In this document: in pieces, positions 12,189-25,790 of the stretch
Position numbering within the stretch: position 1 is the stretch's first letter
How the letters are laid out: each line of letters opens with the position of its first letter
NCBI GenBank assembly: GCA_010405405.1
Contig: MU004233.1
Coordinates: forward strand, 2,024,539-2,088,538
DNA: 64,000 bases
Direction: 5' to 3'
DNA from: Microthyrium microscopicum
Taxonomy: Eukaryota
Notes under the pieces: model-generated
Databases searched by the model: none
Told to the model about the DNA's origin: nothing
Seen by the model: only the letters and a program-made list of their open reading frames with translations
Position numbers and translations under genes: made by a program

Positions 12189-12677
12189 ATGAAGATCCTA
12201 ACCCTAACATTCCTAACCTGCGCCCGAAAATCCTGCAAACCAGAACCAACATCCTACCCCCTGCACCCCACCTCCGCCGAACTAGAAATCATTCCCGTCG
12301 ATTTCAACCCGCTCTTCCTACGCGCCCTGCTTCCACGTCTCGACTGGCCGACTCTGCGTATACTATGTGAAGCGTTTGGACTGCCGGGGCTGCAGGAAGA
12401 GGCGCCGGAGGAAGATGCGCTGTTTCTACAGCCAGAGGAAGGTGGAGCGATGGAAGATGTGGAGGTACAAGGGGAGAAGGGAAAGGAAGTGGTGGAGGAT
12501 GTGGAGAAAAAGGGTGAAGAGGAGACGAGAGAAGCATCACAATTGGCGAAAGATTTACATCACTTACTGCTGGAGACGACGATGCAGGAAGGCAAGTTAG
12601 TCTGTGGATGCTGTGGGCATGAATACGCAGTGAAAGAAGGGATTGCGAATTTCCTGCTTCCCGCACATCTAGTATGA
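12189..12677 (+). CDS. TRM112: Multifunctional methyltransferase activator subunit Trm112
   Basis: MKILTLTFLTCARKSCK...FNPLFLRALLPRLDW...LHHLLLETTMQEGKLVCGCCGHEYAVKEGIANFLLPAHLV; true ATG at 12189; acidic internal insert. Confidence 0.93.
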   Translation: MKILTLTFLTCARKSCKPEPTSYPLHPTSAELEIIPVDFNPLFLRALLPRLDWPTLRILCEAFGLPGLQEEAPEEDALFLQPEEGGAMEDVEVQGEKGKEVVEDVEKKGEEETREASQLAKDLHHLLLETTMQEGKLVCGCCGHEYAVKEGIANFLLPAHLV

Positions 12678-13305
12678 ACGACAGTTTTCGCGCAAGAAAA
12701 TTACACACTTCAAGAACAAAGGCGCCAGCGCGTATCACAGGAATTGCGGAATGTAAGTTTTCGTCCATCAAAAGCCTAACCTCAGGCATTCTTATTATTA
12801 AGGGATCGGTAGCTAATTCAGCTAAAATAGTACAAAGTGTGTCCGTTTCGACACAAAACACGACTGTCTAAGAATTAGGACACGAGGCGCCTAGTCGCTG
12901 TGTCCGATATATCAATACTCTTCCCAGGTCTCCTCTATGAGAGACCGGCTAAACCAAACGCATTAATGCAATAACAAAGATTTTTCCGTCTTTTTCCGTT
13001 TCCCCCGTTCCGTGTGTCGCTGTTGCTGATGCATGGTTATAAAAAGAACAATGTGCTATGACTCATGAGAAGCCAAAAGAGTTGCCGCCAATGACTAAGG
13101 AATGATGTCGGTTCTTCATCAACCGTTTTCGTCTCGAGTAACTATCTTACAAAGGGGGAGTGTGATGTTGAGGATGTGTTGTTGTATAACCCAAAAAGCA
13201 GAGATGCGCCAGACAATGGGTGAAATCCACTTATGCAAAATGTGCCGCAGCCGTTGAAGACAAAGAAAACGCCAAGGAATGCTGAGGATGGGGAGGTGTA
13301 GTCGA

Positions 13306-16300
13306 TTAGTTGAGGAAACCTTTGCAAGCAACCGTACCGCACAAGCAAGGTATGCGATCATCGCTGTTCATCTCACGATCAAACTTGTAATCATAAGTAA
13401 GTTCTTCGTCTGAAGTAAGTTAGTATAGGTACATGACAATATCGAAGAGTGACCTCTTACCTTTCTGGATGTCTCGCATAGCATAGATGACAATACGTTT
13501 CGTGCCATCCACTTTGATGATTTTGGCAGTACAGTTGGGCATGCAAGAGTGATTGATGAAGCGTGCAATGCCACCCTTTTTTGTGGCATCAATGACCATA
13601 TCATCGTCGATTCGGAAAAGGTAGCTGCTACCAACGCCCTGCAAGTCATACAGTTCCTCGCGTACATCGGCAATGCGCTGGCGAATCTTCTCGCCCACGT
13701 ACTCGATGATCATTTCGTTGGTCTGAATATTCTCCTCGCAGTAGAGTCCCCATCCATGGATGGCAGAGCGATCGAAACGGACGCACTTTTTGCGTTTCTT
13801 AAGAGCGTTCATGAGCAAAGTGTCATTGTCCGCCCCCATGCTATTGACTTCATTCTGTACACGACGATTTTCGGCACGATTGGATCGCGAGGATGCTCCA
13901 GCAACTTGTCGAACAATGACTTGAGCAACATCGTTGCCTTTGCGATTATTTCTGGCTTCCTCTTGGCGTTTTTCGCGGAGATTTCTGACTTTGATCCGGT
14001 GTGGCAAGTATTTGGACTTTTCTGATTCCTTGATCTTCTGGTTCGGTTCGGTTTTGGCGCTTCCAGTGGGATTTGGCACATAATAGCCAGGGATTTCAAG
14101 AGTTTCGCGGCATACACCCTTTAAGCCACCAGTGTTGAGAGACTTGAATTGTTTCCGTTGGTGGGACCAGACATCGGCAGAACATTCCAGGGAGGCGATA
14201 GAAATATCTTGAAGTGCTTTTCGAAGAAGCATCAGATCTTCAGTGTCTTTAACAGTATGTTGCCAACCATCAACATCCAGTATAATCGTGTTGTCATCCT
14301 CAACAGTACGTCGAGGTTCAGTGGTAGAGACACCCCATTCAACCTCTGCCCGTGGCTGTATCATGAAATCTTCTTCTGCAGCAGCAACAGCAGGCGTATC
14401 AGGAGTCTCCTCAAATTCTTCAATAAACTTGTCGAGTTTCTCCACTTCAGCCTTGACTTGTGCCTCAGCTTCTTCTTCAATTTGTTTCTTTGTTTTGCGC
14501 TTTGTCTTTGTTGACTTTTTCTTGCCGGCTTTGGTGATAGCCTCAAAGGGCTCAGGGGTTGCAGCCGCATTGCTGACTGAATCCGTATCCTCCACCATAA
14601 TATCGATCACAGAAGTCTTTTCTTTCAACTGGGTGCGGAAAAGACTGTCATTGTGCAAAGTCTTTCGACGCTGTTTGATCTCCTCAAGCGCCTTCTTTCG
14701 CATAGGATCAGAGCGTTTGAGAGAAGAAAGAACCTTTTCGAGTTGGGCTTCAGTCATGTCTTCAAGGTTCCTATCCAAAAGTCGGCCAAGAGATTTGCGA
14801 GATGTGAGATCCACGCTTTCGTCGTCGCTCTCCGCAGCCCATTGCTCGGTGCGTTGACGTTTGATGTGTCGTGGAGTAAGATGCCCATCATCGTCAACTT
14901 GAAATGGCGCAGGACTTCTAGCAGCCTCACTTATAGCCCGGCTCTCAGGTCCGTCAGAGCCTCGAGTCATACTGGCCGTGCGCTCATCTTCAGAATCAGA
15001 CTCAAAGTCTTGTATTCTGCTGTATAGTGTTCGTGGTGGTCGGTTTCGAGGGCGCACAACAGCTCGTCGACCATCGAGGTAGGCATTGGTCTGCCGCTGA
15101 TCTTTACGCTGCAAAGCAAATTTGCGAAGTGCTGCAGCGCTTCGTGGGTCTGGAGTTCCAGAAACCGATGTTGAGTCTGCGCGACCAATCGTTGGGAAGG
15201 ATTTCTGTGCCTCTTGAACGTGTGGATCGGCAATGTTGAACTTCTTACGAATTTCAATGTTTTTAGAATCGGCAGGGTCTAGGCATTTGTAGATTTGCGG
15301 CGTCCCTATCTTCAACTTGAAATCTGCTATGATCCTCTCCAATAGCTCAGCCTCCATCTTATGCCAGGCTGCTTTGGTAGGGTCAAGGTGTTCAGCCCGT
15401 TCGAGTTTTTCTATTTCGTAATCTTGTTTGTCTTCATCATGAATCTTTCGACCTTCATCGTAAACAGCTTGTTCAGCCGCGACGCGTTCTGGTGTAGGGC
15501 TTCGTTCGTATGTTGGGTTTCCATACTTTTCCAATGCCATATTCATGGTGTATGTGAACAGTAAGTGCATGTTGCATGCCGTATGGCATCGCTCCGCTTC
15601 ATACTGCCCAGCGCGAGATTCATCGAAAAGGATAAAGTACCCCGTGCCGTCGCATCTTATTTCGCGCCACGAATAGGCCTTCAAACGTTTCTCTAAATGA
15701 GCCAAGGTTGTTCCAAGCACAGGTACGTAGCACTTAGCAATGAAAATATATGGCTGTCGCTTGATTTTGGGGAGAATTGGGTCCTGTTCGACGAGAACAT
15801 GTGCTGCAGGTCTCGTCGTTGCTGGAACTCTGTGGGCTGGAGGTGCGAACGGAGCTGCAAATGGAGCTGCAAAGTGAGCTGGTTTCATAGATGGCCCTTT
15901 CGGTGCATTTGCAGGAGGGCCTTCTATGTCGACCGAAAGTTTCGAGGTCAGAAGAAGAGTGGGTACAGCTGTCTTTGGGGTTTGTTCGTCCAATAGCTTT
16001 TGGAGTTCCGCCTTCCGTCGACGGACTTTCTCTGCAGCATATCGCTTCGATCGCAATCCTTCGGCATCGCGCTCAACTTTGACGTGCCATTGATCTATAC
16101 GTTGACCATTACCCTCTTTCTCAGCTCGGCGCGCAGAGTCGGCGGCAGTCTTGGATTTTTTCAAGCCATTCCGATCTCCATAACCAACGACGCAGATACC
16201 GAGAAATGACCCAGTTTCAGGATCAGTAATGTTCTTGATTTCTGTGACGGTGCCGTATTGGCTCATCATCGCTCGAATTTTATGCTCAGAGATGAGCAGA

Positions 16301-17084
16301 GGATCGAACCCGTGCACCACGACCTGTTCAGCAGGCCCTCGCCCAACCGAATGCTTTGAGTCCCATGAATACGGCTTGAGCGTATATGGGACTGGGCGCA
16401 TTTGCGCCTTGCTCGGCTTGGCGATGTTTTTGAAGAAACTATGCGGGTAGTCGGGAAATAGTAGTCGTGGATCGGTAGTAGGTAGATCGTACTGCAAGTA
16501 ACCAGGTCAGTCCATCAATTCTAAAAGTTTCATGTCAACAAAACGACCTGGCTACTTGCAGCACGTACCTTACTACCGATTGTAATTCTAGTATATTGCG
16601 CAGGTTTTTTGCGGTCGCCGCCCGGTGCGTCTGGATCGTAGATCATTTTGGTACAGGAAATCTCTCCTGGCGCAGGGCGCGCTTGGCGGGGAAATTCTGG
16701 AGGCGTATGTGTTTGCGTCGAGTTTAAATCTCGAGATGCGGCAGCGGAATTTGGTGATTTGATGCCATTACCGGCTATTTGATCATAAGATCGCTTTTTA
16801 GAAGGGCTGTTCATGTTGTCGGGTGGGGAGCTCTCCGAGTTTGTTATAGGGGTGAGGGTGGGTGGCTGATTGCCCGAGAAGGACGACATTCTGCTCAGGC
16901 CTGATGAAGGCGAGGCTGAACTGGAGCCTTCCAGGTTTTGTGAGTAATTTGAAAGCAGGTTGAAATCATGTCCAGGCCGCGACGAGGTATTAATGACAAG
17001 CCGGGGTTGAGGTGGTGCAGATTCTCCGAGTGAGGTTGAAGGGTCGCGTGGGTGCGAACAGTGTTGCGCATTCAACGATGGCAT
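13306..17084 (-). CDS. SET1: Histone H3K4 methyltransferase Set1 (RRM, N-SET, SET, post-SET)
   Basis: RRM region (VVVHGFDPL), [44 protein letters not shown], last exon [24 protein letters not shown]; introns 16492-16568 and 13410-13460. Start codon tentative. Confidence 0.95.
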
Positions 17085-18869
17085 GCTCAACAGTCCCACA
17101 CGTTGACAACGGCCATATTGAGCAATGGGATGAAGGGCAGAGATGCCGAGAGGGGAGGATGATTGCAAAGTAATTTATCCTAGGACGCGCGCGTGTGGCT
17201 TATAAGGAACGCGATAAACGCGAGGAAAAGGCAGAGATGAAGCCGAATACGCCAGGCCCGAAGGAAATAGATGAATATGCGCGAGATTGACGAGGGGAAA
17301 TTAAGGAAAAGGAGAAAGGAAGAGAGGAGGAGATGGAGGGTTGTCGATGGAATGGACTGGGAGGAGACTGGAGAGAAATGATGTTGAGAGGAGAAAGGAC
17401 AGACGAGTTGGAGTTGGAAGGAGCGACTGGGCTGCTCCTTCCTGCCGTCGCGCACCCCTTGCGATTTGCGACTGCCAAAACGAGGGAGAGCGAGCTTGAC
17501 ACTATAACCACTACTCCTTCTCCTTTACAGCTACGCGTCCATAAACTTCTTAAAGTCTCCTTTTATCGTCTTTTTGCTTCGTGATGTTCAACTACTGTCG
17601 CATTATCATACTTTGCCTTCCCAGTTTTATCACTTATCCTCCTCTTGCAATGGCACAGTAGGCTAGGCTTCCAGCTGAGTACGGCTCGACTAATTTGCAC
17701 TGAATCCATCAACCCACAAACCTGTTCTTTTCAAACCCTCTCCGCATTCACTCATCGCCATTCTTTCATCCTCTCCATTCCCTATCACATCAACTCTTCA
17801 CTTCTTTTAAACAGACATGCCTTCAAAGCATCTCTTCAACCAAATAGCCTCCGCTAACACTGAGAAATCCTAGATCTGAACCATATTCGTTCCCATCATA
17901 CACCCGCCAAAAACCACGTGCTTCATACTCAAGAGGTGCCCCGTTCATGCCATCCTTCAGCCCTGTCTGAGTACGATCAAACACTCGCGCCTTTATAAAC
18001 AAGAGTTTCATACGTCTATATATGCGTTATATGATCCCTCATAATCTTCCACACCCAATACGTACTTCACGAGACCTTTCATATCCTGCCTGGTTCCATA
18101 ATCCATCGGCATGTAGTTGATTTTCTGCTGATCAGCATGATTTAAGAGGCACCACACACGCTTGGCCCCGAACATGATAAGATCATTATACCTGCTGTTT
18201 AGCGAACGTAAAGAAGGCATTATGCGCTCACCGTGTAGAGAGACAGCTTAGAGGAGCACGATAGAGACATTCTTGTTTGTCTTGTCAAGGACATGCATTG
18301 CCTACAGCATGGTACTGGATGATGACTTGCCAATGAGGCTCAGGCAAACCCAGGAAAGGATAGAACGAGATGCTGCTTTGGCTTTGGAGACCTGACATGC
18401 TCATCGAAATAAAAATTGGAACGCGTATTTGAAACCCCCAAGAAAGAGGTAATGTGTGGTGTCATTATCATGCACTACTTGATCGCAGTAAGGTATAATC
18501 AGCACATCAAAATCCATATGTTTGGGTGTCATTTACGTTCAAGTCAACCGGTAGCTGTTGAATATCAAAATTGTGAGGTATGCTAGGAGTAGGCCTAAGA
18601 TATCATGAAATCCCATTTTGCCATTGGATTCTGCTACTTGATGGCATCCATGTGCCTACCAATAACTTTCGTATATTCGCGATAGCAAGATAAAATAAGA
18701 AATTATGAGACCCAGACATCTGGTAAAGGCAAGTCAGGTTAGATCAAAACCTTGAAAAGCACAGCCCAAATCCGTAGATGCTTCCTTCTCCCCGCTTCCG
18801 GCGCGTTCACACTGAGCAATTTCAGAACATCTGCCTGCTTTTTTTATTCTTGGTTTATTAGAGCCAAAG

Positions 18870-20391
18870 ATGGCTACTGATCGACCAGCTTCACCATTGG
18901 AAAGCGATGTAAGAGCTCTCTCATGGGCGACTATCTCGACTGGCTGCACGTGGCTAACCGCAATGGTTCTGTAGTCTACCCCTAGCTTGGGTGATGATAA
19001 TCGTTCCACGCATAGTAGTTCTGGGTCAAAGTATGTATTGTATTCGTCGAAATGGGGGTTTGTGCTTTGACTGATTGGTTGTAGGCGAACTCAGTCTATC
19101 ACAAGTTCGGTGTATGACTACCAGTTCAAAGACGGTCGACGATATCATGTTTGTAGCACGCGGAGTTGAATGATTATGCAAGTGCTGATTGTGAATAGGC
19201 ATATGAACCAGGACTGTGAGAATTCCCCATTTCAAGATGGTTCGAATTGCTGGTGTGGCAGCTTGCTCAATGCTGGTGAAAAACTACACTGTTGGCTTCC
19301 GCAGAGTAGAATTTCCGCCATGTTCACATGCAGTGCTCTGGATTGTGCATACTCTTCTAATGGACGGGAATTAACAAGTTCAGTTATATGCTACCGAACG
19401 ATGATACAGAGCAAGACCGCTTAGATCTACAACATCATATATTTCGTCTCTCCATCGACGGCCCATTACACATTGCGCCCATTCCCAAGGACTATGCCGG
19501 TCATGTGCTTGATATTGGAACCGGAACTGGCATTGTGAGTCTGCATCTCCAGATTCCCAGCTTTCATCTATACTAACAAGAAGCACAGTGGGCCATGGAG
19601 TTTGCAGACGATCATCCAGCCTCCACAGTCCTAGGCGTAGACCTCTCACCCATCCAGCCAGACTTCGTGCCCGCCAACTGCAGTTTCCGCGTCGACAACA
19701 TCGAATCCGACTGGATCGCCGACGAGAAATTCGACTTCATCCACTCCCGCGCCATGGTCGGCGGAATAAAATCCTGGCCCAACCTCTTCTCCCAAGCCCA
19801 CGCGTAACCCCATCCTCTCCCCATCACCACCTATACTAACATCCTTTCAGCCATCTGAAACCTGGCGGCATAATCGAAGTCCAAGATGTCTACTTCCCCA
19901 CCGTCTGCAACGACCCATCCCAAACATCCACCAGCGTTTTCGTCGCCTACAACAACCTGCTCCTCGAAGCCACCAAGCGCGTCGGCCTCGACTTTCAAGC
20001 CACGACCAAATGGAAGACGCAATTGGAAGCCGCAGGTTTTGTAGATGTACATACGCGCTGGGTGAATTGGCCGGTGGGTCCGTGGGCGAAACATAAGAAG
20101 AATAAGATTATTGGCAAGTTTACGTATGCGGATTTTACGGGCGGGTTGACGATGACGAGACCGTTTTTTCAGAATGTGTTGGGGAAGAGTAAGGAGGATG
20201 TTGATGAGCTTTTTGAGAAGGTTAAGGTTGAGTTGGAGGAGCAGAAGATTCATTTGTTTCAGAAGGTTTGTTTTTGTTGGGCGCGGAAACCGAGAGTGGA
20301 TGGCGAGGTGGTTGGTGGACAGGAGGCGGAGAAGGGTGAGAACGAAAGGGGAGAGGAGAAAGTGGTTCCAAAGGAGGAGGAGAATGTCTAG
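18870..20391 (+). CDS. LaeA-like SAM-dependent methyltransferase
   Basis: Multi-exon model: MATDRPASPLESD / ...SITSSVYDYQFKDGRRYH / AYEPG (17-nt exon 19199-19215) / LYMLPNDDTEQDRLDLQH..VLDIGTGTGI / WAMEFADDHP..GVDLSPIQP..FDFIHSR / LKPGGIIEVQD..WPVGPW. Confidence 0.92.
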
Positions 20392-20618
20392 ATGTCCTTG
20401 TTGGTTATGGACGGGGGAGAGAATGTGCTCGAATACAGCCATATATAACGATGACTTGAAGGATGAACTTCCAATGATATATGATCTGGCTCAGGAATCA
20501 TTGCATTGTTTTTATACTAAGACCTGAGGACAACACCTTGATAACCTCGATCACTAGATTCTATGACCTGCCTTTGATATGCCCATGCTTACTGCTCTAC
20601 TTCCCAGGACTGCCCTTC

Positions 20619-21095
20619 TCAATATGGCTGGCAAGAAGACAATGGGATCTGAGTCAATGGATTTGGGCAGCTGCCAAAGAGACTGATACTGAACGAAATG
20701 GTGAGAGTGAGAGAAGCCTATCACAATGTCAGAACATACCAACGTTGCTTGATACTCACTATACTTACCACAACGTGATCGGGTACTTTGTGTGGTTGAG
20801 GACACCAAGTTGTCAATGGCTGGCTTCCATAAGAATTCACTGCACAAAGTTAGACTCAAAAGCCTTGACTTGGGCCTTGATTATGCTCACAGTCATTGGA
20901 GCTCATTGCTTTGCAGTAGTTTCCACTAGGACAGCAGAGCTTGTAGCCTTGGCTGTTGCAAGTATCGTATGCCTGACCACAGGTCACTGACAAACTCCCA
21001 CTGACTGTGACATCTGTGTCGCGTGTTTCCAGATCTGTTGGAGCAGCGAAGACGCTTGCTGCTGAGAGCAGTGTGAGTACGGAGGAGAACTTCAT
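20619..21095 (-). CDS. Small secreted cysteine-rich protein (124 aa, 8 Cys, knottin/CBM1-like spacing)
   Basis: Signal peptide MKFSSVLTLLSAASVFA plus pro-segment APTDLETR; two canonical 51-nt introns (20840-20890, 20718-20768) give a continuous frame ending SSCQPY*. Confidence 0.8.
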
Positions 21096-24000
21096 AATGG
21101 ACAATGTTGGTAGTTGCTTGGTATGAGGAGATTGAAATGAGAGTGCCGTGGACGAAGATGCTTCTACAGGATAACTTCTTCACCAGACGACACGGCTTTT
21201 TATACCTCTCATCTTCTCTCATGGCCGTAAAAGTTATCAGTGCGTAAATAGCGGTGATGAGATTAACTCAGCAGTGTAACAGCATATCCACCAAATATTT
21301 ACATAATTCTCATCTCTCTTGGTACATTCCCTGTCTCGAGCTTTTCAAATCTCTTGAGAGTTGAGAGGCAATGTACCACAACTTCATCATGGACCTATCG
21401 TCTGCAGCATCCCGTTGGTTGTTCCAAGAGAACGAGAACGATGCCACCAGAAAATGGGGACTGATTGAATTCTTATACACGAGTCTCTTTGTCTTAAATT
21501 GTCTCAGAGCTGAATTTCTGGATCTGTTGTCCGAGTAAGACTTTGATCTACCTCCAGAAAGCTTAAAATACTACTGTGCTCTGCAAAATTGAGGTTGGAA
21601 GATGCAAGGCACGCATCTGTACCTGGGAAAAGTCAGTTGGTATCTGAAACTGGAGCAACGTCGTACAAGAACAATCGGTGATGCATTCCTGCTGTTAAGC
21701 GGCAGGAACTGCAGCTGTCTCTTTTCATTGCCCTGGTCTGCTGTCAAACGTTTGACTGGCGGTCGTGACGTTCTCCCACTGTGCAGAGAGCATATATCAT
21801 TCGATCTCTTCTGGTTTACAGACTCTTAAGTAATCGTGTCATAGTGAAATCAAGGGCAGTAGGTTATTTAAAGATATCATTAGAGCTTACTAGGCATCGA
21901 ACGGTATCAATGTTTGACATCAACAGGTACCATTATACTTGGTATGTACAACAGATTTCTAAAATAAATGGTTTGTGCTTATTGACTTGAATATCAACCA
22001 GCTGCTCCGCTTTACTCTTACTAATTAGGTATGTTCCCGAGAATAATATGCGCCTGAATAACTATTGGACACACCTACTGTACAGCATTTAACCAAATAC
22101 GATTGCAAGTCAAAACATCATCTATCGATATCTTGCAGTTTTAGTCTACCTAGGTATTTTCCGTGCTTTACTCGTATCATCGAAGCATGATATATCTGTA
22201 GTAGACTTGATACTTCCCTAAATATTCAGACGAAAGACTCTCTTTGCAATCAACAATATGTGGTAAAATTCCTTCTGAGCTACATTAGCACTATCTAGAG
22301 TACTGTCTGGAAGAGCCGCATGATATCAAATCGTGCCAACATTGAACGAACAAAAAGCCAGGGCATTGTTCACATTCATGCCTACGCTGCCGATGGTCGC
22401 GGAAATAACGTGCATACGCCTTAGTTGATAGTTACTCGACTTTTTGTTTATATGCATGAATGACCAAGTCCATATTTGCGGTGTATACGGACGAATGACT
22501 GAGTGTTGATCATAATGACTAGTGGAAGCATAGATCATAGATAGGACAAGCAAGATAGTGATAGCAATACTATTCATCCGAGAGCTAGTTTGGAAGACAA
22601 CAGAAGCCCTGTCTAGAACGATCGTGCTGGAGAAATTTGCTAATAGTGGTGACACTGGTCCACAATTAACCTTCAACTGGCTAATGTTTTGACGGTTCCT
22701 AGATCAGTGCTTGACAAAGAGGCTAATACTGTACACAGCAGTTCTTCTCGTAAAAGTTTATCTAATGGGCGATGGCACAAACGAAGTATCAATTCACGCT
22801 ACGTGCTTCTGAATATGAATCAATATACTGAGGCCCTTGCTTCTCTAACGCAGGAACTAGCAATAGTGACGAGTTGACGACAATATAGCAGTGCGCCGTC
22901 TGGATATTGACAAAAACGCAGTCCTATATGTACGAATATTTGACACACAAGATCTGAGCGTGTATATTACAAACCAGACCGTATGATTTATGTGCAAGAA
23001 CGAGCAATACAATTGAGGTATATGGAACAATATATACTTTAGCCAAGTACTACTCCCGCACGCCAGGACCTGGGTAATTTGTAGAATAGAACCTTGGTGG
23101 AACATACGCGTCCTTCCAAGTATTCAATATGTCCAGGGCTCAGGATCCGCAATGGCCAGATTTAGAACCTTCTGAACCGGTTTCTTGTCGATCTGCCGTG
23201 GACCTGGACCCTTGGAAGAATAAATTAAATCTGGTCAGAGGCATCAAATGCAATGATGTATCAATGCATACAACTATATGAGTACAGTGCGAGTAGTGCC
23301 CAAGGGAACCGCCGCTCAGCTCATATTTAATCAGCGTTGAAGAAAGATCAAAGATCACGAACTACCGTATGACAAGCAGGTACAGCCTGATAGATTTACC
23401 ATTTCATGCTGACATGTCCACCCACTTCCCTGACAAAACGAGGGCGTAGGGAGGATTGGCCAGGACTAGACCGAAATGGGCAAAGGATGACCGTTACTTG
23501 TGGCTAAATTAGCGTATCTGCCATCACGGCTGTATCGGCACACATCGAAGTTTTCCCCATGTCAGAGGCTTCGGAGCGGCGCGCTCGTTGGTGCGCTTGA
23601 ATGCTGACAAGTTGATGGCATTATATCCAAGTTTTATGTACCGCGGTGTGTGTTTTTTGAGACAGGACTCTCATTCGGGATGAGATGTTTCAAAAAAACC
23701 GTTTTAGCTCCTGTAGGAGTATGATATCAAAGTATCTTATCCATCAGGCAAAAGATCTAGACTTTCTATGCCCTCAGCATTTTGGTTCTGGGAACATGGA
23801 GTATTTGAGAGAGATAGGGCAGGTTATGATGCCGACTCGTGGTGTTTAATCTTCCAGCCACTGAACTCTCATTGGTGATGAGCCTGATAGCCTGTGCTGA
23901 TCTTATCTGGCCTGATCCCTGCTACCCTGCTTAAGGACCGAGTCTAGATCTATAACTTTAGCCTCCTGAGTCCCATCTCTTTAAGATTCCGACGTTGCGG

Positions 24001-25790
24001 ATCTTGGCGTTCATCGTGTGATAGTTACGTGACAAAGCAAACGTCCATCTGGTCTAGACTTGTGATTGAAGCCTTGAAACAAGAGAAATCAAAATGTATA
24101 AGAAACCACGCACAGGAAAGCACATAATGAACTTGCGCTCTACAAGTACGCAATCCAGAAAGAAGCTGACAATATGTATGTTGGCCCCATAAAATGATTA
24201 CAGCAGATCAATTGTCTTCATCGTTCTAGAAGCTACGGGACGGAGAATTCTAGAAAACCCATCGGTGAAGAAAGCTTGTAAGCGATGAGCTACTGAGTAC
24301 TACTTGTACTCGCCCCATGCGCTGCATGACAAAGTTTTAGCTTCAACGAACGAAGTAACACTCGATCAAGTTTATCAAGTGGACTCACGACATGTCCACA
24401 ATGGTAAAAGACGGCTCTGCTGTAGCTCTTGATGAAGTTGACATGTTTACGTGAATAATGACCGCCCTGTTGTAATTCATGACACATGGGAATTTTGAAA
24501 TCGCGTGTGTCTATCATCGCATTGCTTGGTTTGGAATGCTTCTCATATTTTAAATTTGGACCTTTCATTTTTCGGAGTTTTGATTGGGTGCAATCAAGGT
24601 GGATCGCGAGATAATAGACGATTTATAGTTGTACAAATCGCGTTTCGCAATTAAAACCGGCTGCTCTCGGATGCAGCATTGGTAGCATTGTAAACTATAA
24701 CGACAATCAGGTAGTGAACTGGCATGTAAAGGCGCAATTGGAGGCCAAAGCAACACGAGAGCCTAGATTCTCATTTCGTCTCTCCATCCTAGATTGTAAA
24801 ACGGAGCTATTCCAGCCAAGTGTCGAGGAACTGATGAACCAAATGACTTTTGCTCCTTGAAGGATCATCTCCAACAAACCTTGCGTCCCTTAACTCTGCT
24901 CCTTGGTCGCCTTGATTACCACTTGATACTGGCAACACAGTCTGGAAGATATCCAACAACTCCCTGCTGTGCCGCATTCTCGCAGACATATCGCGTTCAC
25001 GACTGCATTTCGCCATAAAGCATTCCAACAATCCTATCACACCAAATTTTCACTGCGTGCCGTCGTTGAGATAACAAACATAAAACTGAACCAGACTTTT
25101 GGGAGCCAACGCGCGGTAGTTGTGCCACGTTTGGTTGGTATAGTTGGTAAGGGGTCAATTTGTAGGATTTGTTGTTCAGTCATTGGTCTGGCCTTGCATT
25201 GCCAACCCGTGGCGACGAAGATCTTTTACTTTTGCGGGAGAGCCACACATCTGGCCAACTGGATCAGCATTATCGACCCTGATTTCGAGATCTCAACGCG
25301 GAATTAGGAGACGTTAGCCAACCACACCAACCACACCAACTGGCCTTGATCTGATATTATATTTTACTCAACTCACGCAACAAAAGTCGGAATCAGTCCA
25401 TATTTACCACGAACCATTCCTAGGCCATTTTTCGGTTGGATTTATGCATACGTAGGCTCGACCTGCCAAACTATTTTTAAACGAGAAACTCAGCTGGGCC
25501 AAGAAGTCAACGGGCGCCGCCATTCTTTGTGGGCTTTTGTGGCACCAACCTGGTTCTAGATCTGGCAAGGATCGACATCATCTCTCCACGCTTTCCAAAA
25601 CCTACAAACTCTCCACTGCGACCCTTGGGTTGCATCTCACAACTTGCAACTCCAACCCTCTAACTAACTCAACCTGGATTTCTGGTCTCCCTCCGCCGAC
25701 TTCCTTTCAGATCGTTCTCTATCCAGCAAAACCCGCGAACCTTTACAACTACATCCACGCATCCAGTCAATCTGGCGCCCACTTTTCCCC

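Noticed and set aside
13549..16450. Numerous plus-strand ORFs over SET1 (and similar ones over the thiolase, kinase and enolase)
   Set aside because: Antisense or alternate-frame shadows of confidently identified genes.
21200..25700. Short ORFs in the long region upstream of the histidine kinase
   Set aside because: No recognisable motifs, consistent splice model or repeats found by eye; treated as intergenic/regulatory.
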